A DNA stretch of 64,000 nt from Sumerlaeia bacterium (GCA_040219255.1 JAVJSW010000004.1:32001-96000); one strand, 5' to 3'. Counted from the first letter of the stretch, positions 48,578 to 59,130 are shown. A program made the numbers and translations. The notes: a model not told the origin generated them from the letters alone.

Positions 48578-51493
48578 TTAGCGCAGGTTCGTCAGGGATT
48601 CGGGCGAGACTTCCTTGAGCACGAGATCGCGCAGGATAAGGGTCGTGTCGCCATTGTCCGACTCGGTGAAGTGAGTGACTTCGAAGGAGAAGCGGACGCC
48701 CTGGTCTGCCACGGCCTGATTGCTGGGGCGATAGTAGACCCGGTAGAGCTTGCCGCCGACGCTGGTGGGCGGATTGGCGGCGTCCTCGGTCAGGCCGGCG
48801 ATGGTGAGGGCGATGCTCTCTTCGCCGGTGCCGCTGGAGAGGCGAAGACGGAAGTCGGGAACCTTGAGCGGATCGGCCTCCGTGCTGCCAATGCGGGCCT
48901 CGGCCACGTATACGCGGTCGGCGCGCAACTGGGTCGTTTCCGAACCATCGGCCGTGCGGACGTTGAGCAGGGGGCTTTCCCAGAAGCCCCAGGAGGGGGC
49001 GGTTCCGGGGGTGATTTCCAGGCCCATTTCGGACACGCCGTACTTCGGCGAACCGAGATCCACCTCCTGGCCAGGGGTCCAATTGGTGGCTGTCAGGTCC
49101 GGTTCGCCGCTGGCGGTGCCCTTCGAATCCACGGTCGGCTGAGTGATCAGATCGACAAAGTTGTCGTCGGCCACTTCGGAAACGTAGGGATTGTAGACGC
49201 CCGATTCGAGATTCGAGAAGATGGCGAGCGGGTCGGCCCGGAGGTACACCGGGTTGTTCTCGTAGATTTCAGTCAGTTCGGGCGTGATGTTGCGGGCATT
49301 GGAGACGATGGGTTGGCCGTCGGGGCCGACGTCGGAGGTGTTGCGGAAGAGTTCGCCGAAGCGGCTGGTGGGCATGTTGGGGTAGCGTTCGCGCAGAAGC
49401 ATGGCGAAACCGCCCAGGTGCGCCACCGCGGCGGAAGGACCGACGAAGGAGCGTTCGGTGCGTATGCCAGCCAGCGAGCACTTCTTGGACGAGTAGGTGT
49501 CGACCGACGCGTAGCCGACGACGGTGGGGTGTTGCTGGCCGTGATACCATTGCAGGAATTGGCCTTGGAACTGGAGGGCGCCTTGAGGCGTGAGGCCGGG
49601 GATGATTCCGTCGCCCAGGGTGCTGCGCGACTGCGAGCTATCGATGTGACCGACACTGACGACCGGCTCCAGCGCGTCGGCGTTGTTGGTCGGCACGCCG
49701 TGGGTCAGGTATTGGCTTTCGGAAACCTGGCCCGACTCGATCACAAGAGTGAACAGGGTGCGCGCGTTCGAGCGCTGATCCTTGCGCGTCATCACCAGAG
49801 AGAGGGGCTGGCCCTCCACCGGGAAGTAGACGAGGCGTTCGACGGGATTGTCGGAGGCGCCGTTTTGAATGTTGGTCGAGCGCGCGACGGCCTGATCAAG
49901 ACGCAGGGTGCTGCGGGGCACCAGGTAGAGGTCCAGATCGTCGGTGGCGCGGGGATCGCTGTCGTCCCAAAGGTCGTCATAGACCAGCGTGACGATGATC
50001 GGATCGAATCCGCCAAAGAGGCCGGTGCCGGAACCATTCGACGGAACGGGGTTGATGTTCAGCGCTTCATCGCGGTTTTCGACGATGCCGGTGGACCAGG
50101 AATGGACCTTGGTGCGGGTCGGCAGCGGGTCGGGGTTGAAGTAGCCGACGACGAACATGGGGAACCGCGTCGCGCGGGTCACGCCCGTGGGGTTGGGTTC
50201 GGTGTACGCGCCGCCGGTCACGAAATAGGGGACGTTCTCGGTGCGGGCGAATTCTGTGGCGCCACGGGAAATGAAGCTCGACCCATCGTAACGGCCGGCG
50301 TCGGTGAAGATCAGGTTGTCGACGATGGTGTCGACGTTGCGGCGGCGGAGGAACTCGCGGCCCAGCTCGACCTGCAAGTCGGTGCTGCCGTCGGCGTAGA
50401 AGTAACAGGCTTCCGGTGCGATGTCGTAGAGCACCTCGAGGATCGCCTGACCTTCCGGGAAGGGGTTTTGGAAGGCGAGGTTTTCGGCCACGTTAAAGAG
50501 GTGTTCCTGATACGTGGCGGGGAAAATTTCGATACCGCCGTAGAAACCGAAGGGGCGGTTCGCGCAGACGGCGAGCATGCTGCCGAGCGCTAGATCGTCG
50601 GACAGATCGCTTCCGCACGGAGCCAGGGGCAGGTCGCGGGAAAAATGAGCTTCCTGGCAAACGCCCCAAAGGAGAAAATTGCCGCCATCGGCAATCATGC
50701 CGTCTTCCAGACCGATTGGAACGAACGGCGTGTATCGGGAGCATTCGTCGTCGAAATTTTTCTCGCCGCCGCCGGAGAAATCGGGATCGGCGATCGTGCC
50801 GATCGTCGTGTCGCCGATGTCGGGGAGGGGGGTCAGATTCAGATAGTCGCGACTGTCGGGAATGAGGGAGGTGGACAGGACGCCGACGGAAACTCCGGAG
50901 CCATCGAGGTTGTAAACGGGACGGATGAGGCGGGTGCCCTGGAGCGAGTCGCCCTGGGTTTCGAACTCGCCGGAGGTTGGCTGGGCGTAGCTGGGCCGGC
51001 GGATGCGGCGCACCGCCGGGTGCTCGGCGAGGTTCTCCAACTGCTGGATGTCGACGTAGCCCTGGAGCAGGGGGCGCGAAGGGGAGACGAAGCGGACCTC
51101 GAGGCCGAGGGCGGCGAGTTCGTCGTAGATTTCGGCGGATTTCTCGCGCAGCAGGACATAAACCTCGACCTGCGTGAGATTCTCACCGGCGAGCCGGAAG
51201 AGCGGCTTGCTGCGTTGACCCGAAGCGAGGGCCCGCATGGCGCTGCGGTCCTTGCGGGAGGCGGCGGCTTTGAGCTGCTCCACAACGGCCAGGAGGTCGT
51301 CGCTGATGACAGGATGGGTGGGAGCCACCTTGGCCTTGGCCAGCGATTCGCGGGGAATGAGCGCTTCCTCGTAGTCCGCACTGGCGGCACTGACCGCCGG
51401 GAACGCCGCGAAGGCCGCCGCGGTGGCGAGCGCCGCGACGCCCATGCGGGTTAAGCGCTTGGTTTTGGAGAGCATCACATCCGGCTTTTTCAT
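48578..51493 (-). CDS. Secreted S8/S53-like peptidase homologue with degenerate motifs and a C-terminal beta domain
   Basis: Signal peptide and propeptide (LENLAEHPAVRRI); DGSGVSVGVLSTS, EGQAILEVLYDIAPEA, DLDLYL and FVGPSAAVAHLGG. Confidence 0.75.
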   Translation of the reverse strand: MKKPDVMLSKTKRLTRMGVAALATAAAFAAFPAVSAASADYEEALIPRESLAKAKVAPTHPVISDDLLAVVEQLKAAASRKDRSAMRALASGQRSKPLFRLAGENLTQVEVYVLLREKSAEIYDELAALGLEVRFVSPSRPLLQGYVDIQQLENLAEHPAVRRIRRPSYAQPTSGEFETQGDSLQGTRLIRPVYNLDGSGVSVGVLSTSLIPDSRDYLNLTPLPDIGDTTIGTIADPDFSGGGEKNFDDECSRYTPFVPIGLEDGMIADGGNFLLWGVCQEAHFSRDLPLAPCGSDLSDDLALGSMLAVCANRPFGFYGGIEIFPATYQEHLFNVAENLAFQNPFPEGQAILEVLYDIAPEACYFYADGSTDLQVELGREFLRRRNVDTIVDNLIFTDAGRYDGSSFISRGATEFARTENVPYFVTGGAYTEPNPTGVTRATRFPMFVVGYFNPDPLPTRTKVHSWSTGIVENRDEALNINPVPSNGSGTGLFGGFDPIIVTLVYDDLWDDSDPRATDDLDLYLVPRSTLRLDQAVARSTNIQNGASDNPVERLVYFPVEGQPLSLVMTRKDQRSNARTLFTLVIESGQVSESQYLTHGVPTNNADALEPVVSVGHIDSSQSRSTLGDGIIPGLTPQGALQFQGQFLQWYHGQQHPTVVGYASVDTYSSKKCSLAGIRTERSFVGPSAAVAHLGGFAMLLRERYPNMPTSRFGELFRNTSDVGPDGQPIVSNARNITPELTEIYENNPVYLRADPLAIFSNLESGVYNPYVSEVADDNFVDLITQPTVDSKGTASGEPDLTATNWTPGQEVDLGSPKYGVSEMGLEITPGTAPSWGFWESPLLNVRTADGSETTQLRADRVYVAEARIGSTEADPLKVPDFRLRLSSGTGEESIALTIAGLTEDAANPPTSVGGKLYRVYYRPSNQAVADQGVRFSFEVTHFTESDNGDTTLILRDLVLKEVSPESLTNLR

Positions 51494-51576
51494 GCGAACT
51501 GAGAGTCCACCTCGAAAGAGTGAGTGAGGACGCTCTCCCAAAGCCAAGGCTTCGGCAAGCGCCTTCTTGGTTGGCC

Positions 51577-54500
51577 TTATTCGAACAACGACCAGTCGGT
51601 CACCGTCGAGGCCGGTTCTTGATTTCTGGTGGGTGGGATGGCCACACCCGGATTGGAAGAAGCAAGTACCGTGAAGGAGCCGGGCAGAACCGCGCTGGTT
51701 CCATCGGGATTCACCACGGTCACGTTGCGGGGGCCAGTGACGGCGCCGGGAGAAATGTCGATGGTGAGCGACAGTTCATTGCCCGAGCGGACGATCGGTT
51801 GGCCCACGAGGGTGATGCCCGAGCCGAAGCGCGCCATGGCTCCGCCGTTGAAGTTGCGTCCGAAGATCGTCATGTTCAACCGCGTTCCCTGGGTGCCGCG
51901 GGGAGGCGTCACCGCCGTTACCGCGAGGGTCGGGTTCGTCACCGTGCCACCGCCAGGCACACGTACCAGAGAGCGGTTCGTGCGGGCGTTGAAACCGGCG
52001 CCGATGACCCGGTTTTCGTAGTAGGCGTTGAGCGCGCCCAAGGTTCGGAGACCGAAAGTGCGGCCCGATTCGGCCACCATCAGGTCCAGATCGCCGTCGC
52101 CGTCGCCGTCGAGAAGCGTCACCGCGCGCGCTACACCGTCGGGTTCTTCGAAACCTTCGGGGAATTGGGTGCTGAGCGGGTGGGGCACTTCATTGGTGGC
52201 GGCTTGGAACCGGGCCACGCCCTCGAAGCCGAGATTGGCGAAGATGCGGGCGGAAGCTTCCTCGCCACGCAACGTCGCAACCGCCGTGGCGAAGTCGAGC
52301 CAGCCGTCGAGGTTAATGTCGCCCACTTCGATGTCGAAGGTCGGCTCGAAGCCCAGCGAGCTAAGCGCCTGATTCGTTTGAACGCTGAAGTTGCCGTTGC
52401 CGTCGTTCGACAGATAGGCGCCGCCGCCATCGGCGGAAACCAGGATCACATCGTAGACCGGATTGTACTGGCCGTTGCCGTCCATGTCCACATAGCGCGG
52501 AGCGCGGCGGGTCAGGAAGACACTGGAGAGATCGGAGGCTTCGCGCATGAGATCGACGACGGGGATGATGTACTCGCTGTCGGTGCGGTCGCGCACCTCG
52601 ACGTTTGGATCGTCGAGGGTGCCGTCCGCCTCGAGAGCGCGAACGATGTTCTCGAAGTTGAGGATCTCGGTCGAAGTCACATCGCCGTCACCGTTGATGT
52701 CCTCGGAAATGTCGCCCTTGCGGCCGAAGTCCGCGACGGCGGCGCGGGTAAAGGACCCGGTGACCGAGGGGAATCCGATGGCTTCGGCGAAGACGCCGAC
52801 GGTGCCGCCCTGGACGCCGCCCTGATTGACCAGGAGAACGACTTCCTCCACGAAGTTCGGCCCGGGCTCGACGAAGGCCGATGCGTCGCGGTTGACCACG
52901 AGGATGTCGAGGTCACCGTCGTTTTCGACGTCGAACATCACGGCATGGCCGGAGTCGTCGATGATCGGGCCGCTTTCCGGCAGGCCGATGTAATCGACTT
53001 GAGGAAGGCGGACGCCGGTCTCGTCGACGAAGCGGAACTCGGTCGGATCGGCGGGATTCTCCGCAATGTTGATCAGGAGTGCGTTCGGTGCGCCGGTGTT
53101 ATTGATGCCATTGGCCACGAAGATGTCGGGCCGGCCATCGTTGTTCACATCGCCGACGGCGATCGAATTTGTGAAGGAGGCGATTTCGATCAGTTGGGGC
53201 ATCAGGTCCGTGTTGTCCTCGTAGATGCCGTCGCCGAGTTCCTCTTCCACGATGATATCCTGTGGGAAGGTGCCATCGCGCGGGTCCACGTCGTAACGTT
53301 CCAGAGGATTGTAGAACGTCGTGTTGAAGCTGCGCAGGAAGGCGTCGTCGGCGAAGAGCAGATCGCCGTTCGAGTCGCGGTTGAGGAAGAGCTGATTGCG
53401 GTCGCCATAGTTGGCGAGGACGAGATCGAGGTCTCCGTCGAGATCGAAGTCGGCAAAGGCCGCATCGGCGCTGGGGACCGGAATCGCGTTGAAGAACGAC
53501 GACGGGATCGCAAGGCCAGGGGTGGCGGTGCGGCCCGCGGGGGAACCGGTGGGGGCGGGGGTGAAGACCGCCATGCCGGGCACGTCGTTCCAGCCGCGAT
53601 TTGTCAGCAGGAACGAGAAGTCGCCCGTGTCCGTGAGGATCGCACCGTTGACCACGAAGAGATCCGGATCGCCGTCGCGGTCGACGTCGCCATGGATAAG
53701 GCTCGAGGCGATGCCGGCGCTGGCGATGGACGGGCCACCGGGTGAGTTGATGGCGCCGCTGTAGAGGTCATCGATGTAGTCGCGGGTGCGATCGAAGAAC
53801 AGAGGCCGGTCGGTGACGCTGAAGATGTCGGGCGGAAGGTCCGGCGAATAGAGCGAATTGATGTAGAGGAGCGATTGTCCGGCGGCGTTGGCCACGAAAA
53901 GGTCCAGGTCGCCGTCGAGATCGCAATCGAAGGGGATGATGGTGCTGCCGCCGATGTTGGGGTTCGGGCGGAGGGAAGCGCCGCCGGCTTCGTTGTAGGA
54001 AGCCGCGGTGCTGCCGAAGCCATCGATGTTGAAGATCATGTTCGAGGGACCGCCGCCACCGGCCACGACGTTGAGAGGCGTCTGCGTGGGGGCATCGCTG
54101 GTGGTGACGATGTCCTTCGTGCCGTCGTTATTCATGTCCGCCACCGCAATGTCGCGAACACGGCCCTGGGTGGGGATAATCCCGCTATAGATCAACGCGA
54201 CCTCATCGGCCGAGAAGATGATCGTCGGTGCGATGATCGGCTGAGGAATCGTGAACGGGTTGAGGTTGTTGTAGATTCCGGGAACGACGGAGTAGAAACC
54301 GGAGGAAACGCCACCGATGCCGAAGAACGTGTTCTCCGAGGCGAAGCTTGGGAAGGAGCGCCCGATGAGTGCGTCGAGCCCGAAGATGCGATCTCCGTAG
54401 TCCGCCAGGGGTGGCAGAATCGGCGTTCCGTTGTTGGCGGTGCCGTCCAGGAAACTGGCCATCCCGAATCCGCCGATGTCTCCGGCGACCATGGCGGTGG

Positions 54501-57500
54501 TGGAGGACTGCAGGATTCCGCCGCCCGACTGGGAGATCAGATCGTCCTGGCCGTCCAGATAGGGATCGAAGTACTGACCGGCGGAGCCGTTGGGAACGCC
54601 GATCGCTCCGAAGGGAATGCCGGGGTAATCGAAGCCGAAATCGAGTTGGAAGAAATACCCGTCGTCGATCAGGTCGCCATCCACATCGGCGTTCACCATC
54701 ACCGGATCGTATCCGTCGATACGGCTGACGATGTCGGGAGAGAAGCGCGTGTTTCCGATGCGCAGATCGACGCCGCCGCCGCTGCGGACGAAGCGGCCCG
54801 CGGCGATCTCGACAGTTCGGGAGAAGTCTTCTTCGACCTCCGCGGAGTTGTTGGGATTTTCTGTGGGAAGCAGGTCGGGATAGGTTGGAGGCAGGCGGTC
54901 GTCCGGAACGCCCGTGAAGACGTTGAAGTTGCCGTCCTGGCCGAGGGTTTCGTCGCGCATGAAGAACGAGTCGAAGAACAAGCCCTGGTTGTTGGGTTCC
55001 TGGGGGAAGACCGCGTCGCGCACGCCTTGCGGGTTGTCCAGGAAAGCCAGGAAGGCGTCTGGAGTTCCGCGAGGCAGGACGGAAGCTTCGGTGGTCAGTT
55101 CGTTGATGAGTTCGTCGCGGCGGTTGATGAGGATGCGCTCACTCATTTCCATAAAGCCGCCAGTCGGACCGAAGGTGTCCGCATCGACCGGATACTGGAA
55201 GACGCCGCGCGACGTGCCAGCCAAGTCGATGAATTCGTCGTAGTTGGCGATGACGAGGTCGAGATCGCCGTCCGAGTCGACATCGACGGCCACGCCACGG
55301 CGCGAGTTGTCCGGGGCGAAGCGTTCGAAGATCGTGCGCTTCGTGTTCAGGATGCCGGGCAGGGCGAGGTCGCTGATGTCGAAGAAGAACCCATCGCCGA
55401 GAGGATCGTTGTCCGGGACCGGGTTGATATTCGAATCATCGACGTCGATGTTGATGTAAAGACGGTTGGTGCCGATGCCCGTGTTCGGATCGATGGCGTT
55501 GAACTCGTAGAGGTCGAGGTCGCCGTCGAGGTCGAAATCGAAGAGCACGACGTGCTCGGTGATGCTCTGGGTCACCGGCAGGCGGTCGTCGTCGGTGTTG
55601 ACGATGACATCGGAGCCGAAGGTGACGTCGCGGAAGTAACCAGGGTTGGCGGCGCCGAGGTTCATGTAGATGCGGTTGACGAGGCCGGCGTTGCTCTGGC
55701 CGTCGTCCGGGCTACCGGTGGAGCCGCCGGAGCGGCCCGCCACGGCGATAACCAAATCCGGATAACCGTCGCCATTGATGTCGCCGGCGGCGGCGCTGCG
55801 GATGATCAGATCGTCGGGGGGCAGGCGGGAGAGGTCGGGGCGGACCGTCGCGGGGGATTGGTCGAGGAACGCGATAATGCCTTCCTCACAGAAATCGCCG
55901 GTGCCGTCGCCGTCCGTATCGGCCTGGTCGGGGTTGAAGACGTCGGGGCAGTTGTCGGCGCCATTGTCCACGCCGTCGCCATCGATGTCGCCATCGCAGG
56001 CGTCGCCGGATCCATCGCCGTCGAGGTCGTTTTGCTCGGGGTTCGGGGTATTGATGCAGTTATCGAGAGAGTCCGGGACGCCGTCGCCGTCGAAGTCGTT
56101 TTCACAGACATCGCCGACGCCATCGCCATCCGTATCGGTCTGGTCCGGGTTGACTGCGGAAGGGCAGTTGTCCGTGATGTCGTCGATTCCGTCGCCATCG
56201 TCGTCGTCGTCGCAGACATCGCCGATGCCATCGCCATCCTGATCGGATTGCTCGAAGTTCTGAATGAAGGGGCAGTTGTCGACGCTGTCCGGAACGCCGT
56301 CAGAGTCGATGTCGCCTTGGCAGACATCTCCGATGCCGTCGCCGTTGGTGTCGAGTTGGTCGTCGTTGGCCGTGTAGGGACAATTGTCTTCGTCGTTCTT
56401 GATGCCGTCGAAGTCGAAGTCGTCCTGGAAGAGGTCGGTGCGGGTGGCCACGTTGAGGATGATGTTGACGGGCTGTAGGAGTTGCCCTTCCGCCAGACTG
56501 AGCGGGAAGCCATCGGAGGCGTTGTCGGCGGAGAGTTGTGCCGGGGAGGTTTGCGGGATGCCGTTTTCGACGCCGCGCAGGGCCAGCGCCGCCGGATCGC
56601 CACCAGCCGGTTCGTTGGTGTAGGTACCGCCGAGGGTGATCACGCGGCTGCTGTTGGGGCTCACCGGTTCCGGATCGAAGCGATAGATGATGCCGCGGCC
56701 GATGCGGGCCGCCGTCGTGGCGTCGATCGTATCGGTGAAGGGGCTGCCGCCCGGTTCGTAATTCCAGAGGGTCGCCACGCGGCGGTCGCGGATGCGGTCA
56801 TCGCGAACGACCATGAGGCGATCCGGTTGGGTCAGATTGAGGCTGGTCGAGGCGGAGCCGAACACCATGAATTCCAGGGTGGGGGCGAAGGGGCTGTCGA
56901 ACCAGTTGATGCGCGAGGGAATCGCGTCCTCGCCTTCCGCACCATAGGCCGTTTCCTCTTGAATGACTTCGCCATCGGCATAAACGGTGGGAATGAGGAG
57001 GGTATTGGTGCCTTTGGCCTCAACGCCTTGATCGTCGATGGTGCGGAAGAGTTGGCTGACGGTTGCGAGGTAATGCTGGGCCACACCGAAGGAATACGTT
57101 TCCTCGGTGGTGTTCAGGAATTCGTAGGTCAGCAGGAAGCCGCGGTCCTCGATGCCGCTGAAAGCGGGATAGGCGTCGAGTTCGATGCGCTGGACGAGGA
57201 CGCCGATACGGCGTCCCAGGCGGTCGGTGATCTCGTAGGACGCCTCGATCACATTGCGGTCGTCATCCAACACCGTGACGTCGCCCAAGTTGGAGAACCC
57301 GAAGTCGCGGGCGTCGAAGTCGAAAACAGAACCGTCGCTATCGCGCACAAGGCGAACGACGGTGATGTTCGTCAGAGGGTCTTCGTTTTCGTACTGGCCC
57401 AGGTAGATAAGACCTTCGGCGAGACCAGCGGTAATGTTGCCCGCGCTGAAATCGCGCTCTTCCCCCGTGGCATCGTTGACGAACGTGTCGAGTTCCATCG

Positions 57501-59028
57501 CGACAAGGCCAAAGCGGTTGCGCACCACCTCGGGCAGGTTGTCGTCGATTTCCTCGATGCCGTCTCCGAGGCGGAAGGTGCTGGGTTCTTCGACGCCGCC
57601 GAAGAACTCCTGCGGGCCGGTGATCACCGGCGCGTTGGCGGCGGACTGGGGATCGAAGACGAATTCCCGTTCGTCCACGAAGATGTAGTAGTTGTCCGCC
57701 GGGGGAAAGCCCTGGAGCGAGTAGGAACCATCGTTGCCGATGCTGACCTCGTCGCGAATGGGTGAATTGGCGCCGAAGGTTTCTCCACCGCCAACCGGCG
57801 TGGCGAGGCCGCCGCCGGAGACCGTGTGGGCTATCAATTGAACCCGTTCGATGTCTTCTTCCTGGAGGAAGTCGAAGCGGGCGTTGCGGCCCGAAATTGT
57901 GTCCTGGTTTTCGAAAGAGCCCGACTCCAGCGGCACACCGAAATAAACGATGTAGTCGGAAATGGGAGCCTGATTGTAGGCTAGGCCGGCGACATTGATG
58001 AAGTCGCTGCCAAGCACTTGGCCAGCGAAACCCGCGCTGCCGGCGTATTCGCTTGACGGGTAAAGCTTGCCAAGGGTCGCGCGGTCGTCGAAATCGAGGG
58101 TTCGCATCTCATACGGATTGACGGCGAAGGAGCCGGTGAAGGCGATGTTGCCGCTCATGGTCGAACTGTAGATATGCGAAAGCGCCAGGCCGGCGATGCG
58201 GCCAGCGGCCTGGGTGAAGAAGGCTTCGATGTCGAGTTCGCCGAGAAGGTCGCTCTCGTCCGTACCTGGGTTGACAAAGACGAGGTCCTCGATGTCTTCC
58301 GGGTACTGCTGGAAGTTGTCCTCCAAACTGTTGAAGATGATATCGACGTCGATCAGTTCGCCCGCCTTGTAAGGCCGGGACTGGAAGACCGCGTCGGCGA
58401 TCAGTTCGGTGTCGGGAGTGAAATCCAGAATAATGGTGTCGGGAGCGTCCAGGATGGCGATGTCCTGCTGGAAGAGAAGGCTCTCTTCCTCCGGATCGAA
58501 ATCCTGGATGAAATAGGACTGAAGGGTGTCGTATACCACGCCATCGCCGAGGGCCACGTTGGGGTCGCGGAAGGTGACGAGGTTGGCACCGTCGAGTTTG
58601 GCTTCCTGCGCGATCCGCACGGGGATGATGTTGCCGTCCAAAGTGACGAAAATTTCGGGGGCTTGGTCAGACGTGAGGACGTTTTCCGAGAATTCGAACT
58701 CGGCCAGATCGACATCGTTCCAGCGAGCCAGGGCGCGCTCCATACCGGAAAGGATGTCCTGATCGTCGATGTCGTTGAGGTTCAGCGTCGGGTCCAGGAT
58801 GCTGTTCACATCCGGCACGGCGCCGAAGGGGGCGAAGACATAGACCTGGACGGGCATGTCTTCCTCGGACCAGGACACAGGCCGGAAGACGATGAAGTCG
58901 TCGCTCGCTGTGGAGGGGTCGCCCTCGGCCACGATGGGGACGCGGGTCAGGGCGCCCGCGAACAGATTGGCAGCCATGCCCAAAGAGAGGGTCATGGCCA
59001 GGGCGGCTTTGGCTCGAAGCTGGTCCAT
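51577..59028 (-). CDS. Giant (~2480 aa) acidic surface protein: pseudo-matrixin, 5x TSP type-3, many FG-GAP repeats, IPT/TIG-like domain
   Basis: Signal peptide; ALARWN/DGAN/DVDIIFN/RTLDFDD..LYP; DNCP..N..Q.D.DGDG.GD.C x5; D.D.DGD.DL repeats; ends VTDWSLFE. Confidence 0.88.
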   Translation of the reverse strand: MDQLRAKAALAMTLSLGMAANLFAGALTRVPIVAEGDPSTASDDFIVFRPVSWSEEDMPVQVYVFAPFGAVPDVNSILDPTLNLNDIDDQDILSGMERALARWNDVDLAEFEFSENVLTSDQAPEIFVTLDGNIIPVRIAQEAKLDGANLVTFRDPNVALGDGVVYDTLQSYFIQDFDPEEESLLFQQDIAILDAPDTIILDFTPDTELIADAVFQSRPYKAGELIDVDIIFNSLEDNFQQYPEDIEDLVFVNPGTDESDLLGELDIEAFFTQAAGRIAGLALSHIYSSTMSGNIAFTGSFAVNPYEMRTLDFDDRATLGKLYPSSEYAGSAGFAGQVLGSDFINVAGLAYNQAPISDYIVYFGVPLESGSFENQDTISGRNARFDFLQEEDIERVQLIAHTVSGGGLATPVGGGETFGANSPIRDEVSIGNDGSYSLQGFPPADNYYIFVDEREFVFDPQSAANAPVITGPQEFFGGVEEPSTFRLGDGIEEIDDNLPEVVRNRFGLVAMELDTFVNDATGEERDFSAGNITAGLAEGLIYLGQYENEDPLTNITVVRLVRDSDGSVFDFDARDFGFSNLGDVTVLDDDRNVIEASYEITDRLGRRIGVLVQRIELDAYPAFSGIEDRGFLLTYEFLNTTEETYSFGVAQHYLATVSQLFRTIDDQGVEAKGTNTLLIPTVYADGEVIQEETAYGAEGEDAIPSRINWFDSPFAPTLEFMVFGSASTSLNLTQPDRLMVVRDDRIRDRRVATLWNYEPGGSPFTDTIDATTAARIGRGIIYRFDPEPVSPNSSRVITLGGTYTNEPAGGDPAALALRGVENGIPQTSPAQLSADNASDGFPLSLAEGQLLQPVNIILNVATRTDLFQDDFDFDGIKNDEDNCPYTANDDQLDTNGDGIGDVCQGDIDSDGVPDSVDNCPFIQNFEQSDQDGDGIGDVCDDDDDGDGIDDITDNCPSAVNPDQTDTDGDGVGDVCENDFDGDGVPDSLDNCINTPNPEQNDLDGDGSGDACDGDIDGDGVDNGADNCPDVFNPDQADTDGDGTGDFCEEGIIAFLDQSPATVRPDLSRLPPDDLIIRSAAAGDINGDGYPDLVIAVAGRSGGSTGSPDDGQSNAGLVNRIYMNLGAANPGYFRDVTFGSDVIVNTDDDRLPVTQSITEHVVLFDFDLDGDLDLYEFNAIDPNTGIGTNRLYINIDVDDSNINPVPDNDPLGDGFFFDISDLALPGILNTKRTIFERFAPDNSRRGVAVDVDSDGDLDLVIANYDEFIDLAGTSRGVFQYPVDADTFGPTGGFMEMSERILINRRDELINELTTEASVLPRGTPDAFLAFLDNPQGVRDAVFPQEPNNQGLFFDSFFMRDETLGQDGNFNVFTGVPDDRLPPTYPDLLPTENPNNSAEVEEDFSRTVEIAAGRFVRSGGGVDLRIGNTRFSPDIVSRIDGYDPVMVNADVDGDLIDDGYFFQLDFGFDYPGIPFGAIGVPNGSAGQYFDPYLDGQDDLISQSGGGILQSSTTAMVAGDIGGFGMASFLDGTANNGTPILPPLADYGDRIFGLDALIGRSFPSFASENTFFGIGGVSSGFYSVVPGIYNNLNPFTIPQPIIAPTIIFSADEVALIYSGIIPTQGRVRDIAVADMNNDGTKDIVTTSDAPTQTPLNVVAGGGGPSNMIFNIDGFGSTAASYNEAGGASLRPNPNIGGSTIIPFDCDLDGDLDLFVANAAGQSLLYINSLYSPDLPPDIFSVTDRPLFFDRTRDYIDDLYSGAINSPGGPSIASAGIASSLIHGDVDRDGDPDLFVVNGAILTDTGDFSFLLTNRGWNDVPGMAVFTPAPTGSPAGRTATPGLAIPSSFFNAIPVPSADAAFADFDLDGDLDLVLANYGDRNQLFLNRDSNGDLLFADDAFLRSFNTTFYNPLERYDVDPRDGTFPQDIIVEEELGDGIYEDNTDLMPQLIEIASFTNSIAVGDVNNDGRPDIFVANGINNTGAPNALLINIAENPADPTEFRFVDETGVRLPQVDYIGLPESGPIIDDSGHAVMFDVENDGDLDILVVNRDASAFVEPGPNFVEEVVLLVNQGGVQGGTVGVFAEAIGFPSVTGSFTRAAVADFGRKGDISEDINGDGDVTSTEILNFENIVRALEADGTLDDPNVEVRDRTDSEYIIPVVDLMREASDLSSVFLTRRAPRYVDMDGNGQYNPVYDVILVSADGGGAYLSNDGNGNFSVQTNQALSSLGFEPTFDIEVGDINLDGWLDFATAVATLRGEEASARIFANLGFEGVARFQAATNEVPHPLSTQFPEGFEEPDGVARAVTLLDGDGDGDLDLMVAESGRTFGLRTLGALNAYYENRVIGAGFNARTNRSLVRVPGGGTVTNPTLAVTAVTPPRGTQGTRLNMTIFGRNFNGGAMARFGSGITLVGQPIVRSGNELSLTIDISPGAVTGPRNVTVVNPDGTSAVLPGSFTVLASSNPGVAIPPTRNQEPASTVTDWSLFE
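55888..56425 (-). repeat. Five tandem thrombospondin type-3 Ca-binding repeats (~36 aa each)
   Basis: Read directly from the translation; coordinates are approximate. Confidence 0.85.
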
Positions 59029-59130
59029 CCGCGTCACATTCCTTCGTCGGCACAGGTTGGGAGATTCAACAGGCGTTCGCATATCAGGTGGCAGGCCGGG
59101 GAGAAACCCGGGGCGCCGGTGCGGCGGGCA

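Noticed and set aside
55888-56425. Periodic DNA that could suggest CRISPR or a VNTR
   Set aside because: Degenerate coding repeats (TSP3), with no identical repeat-spacer structure.
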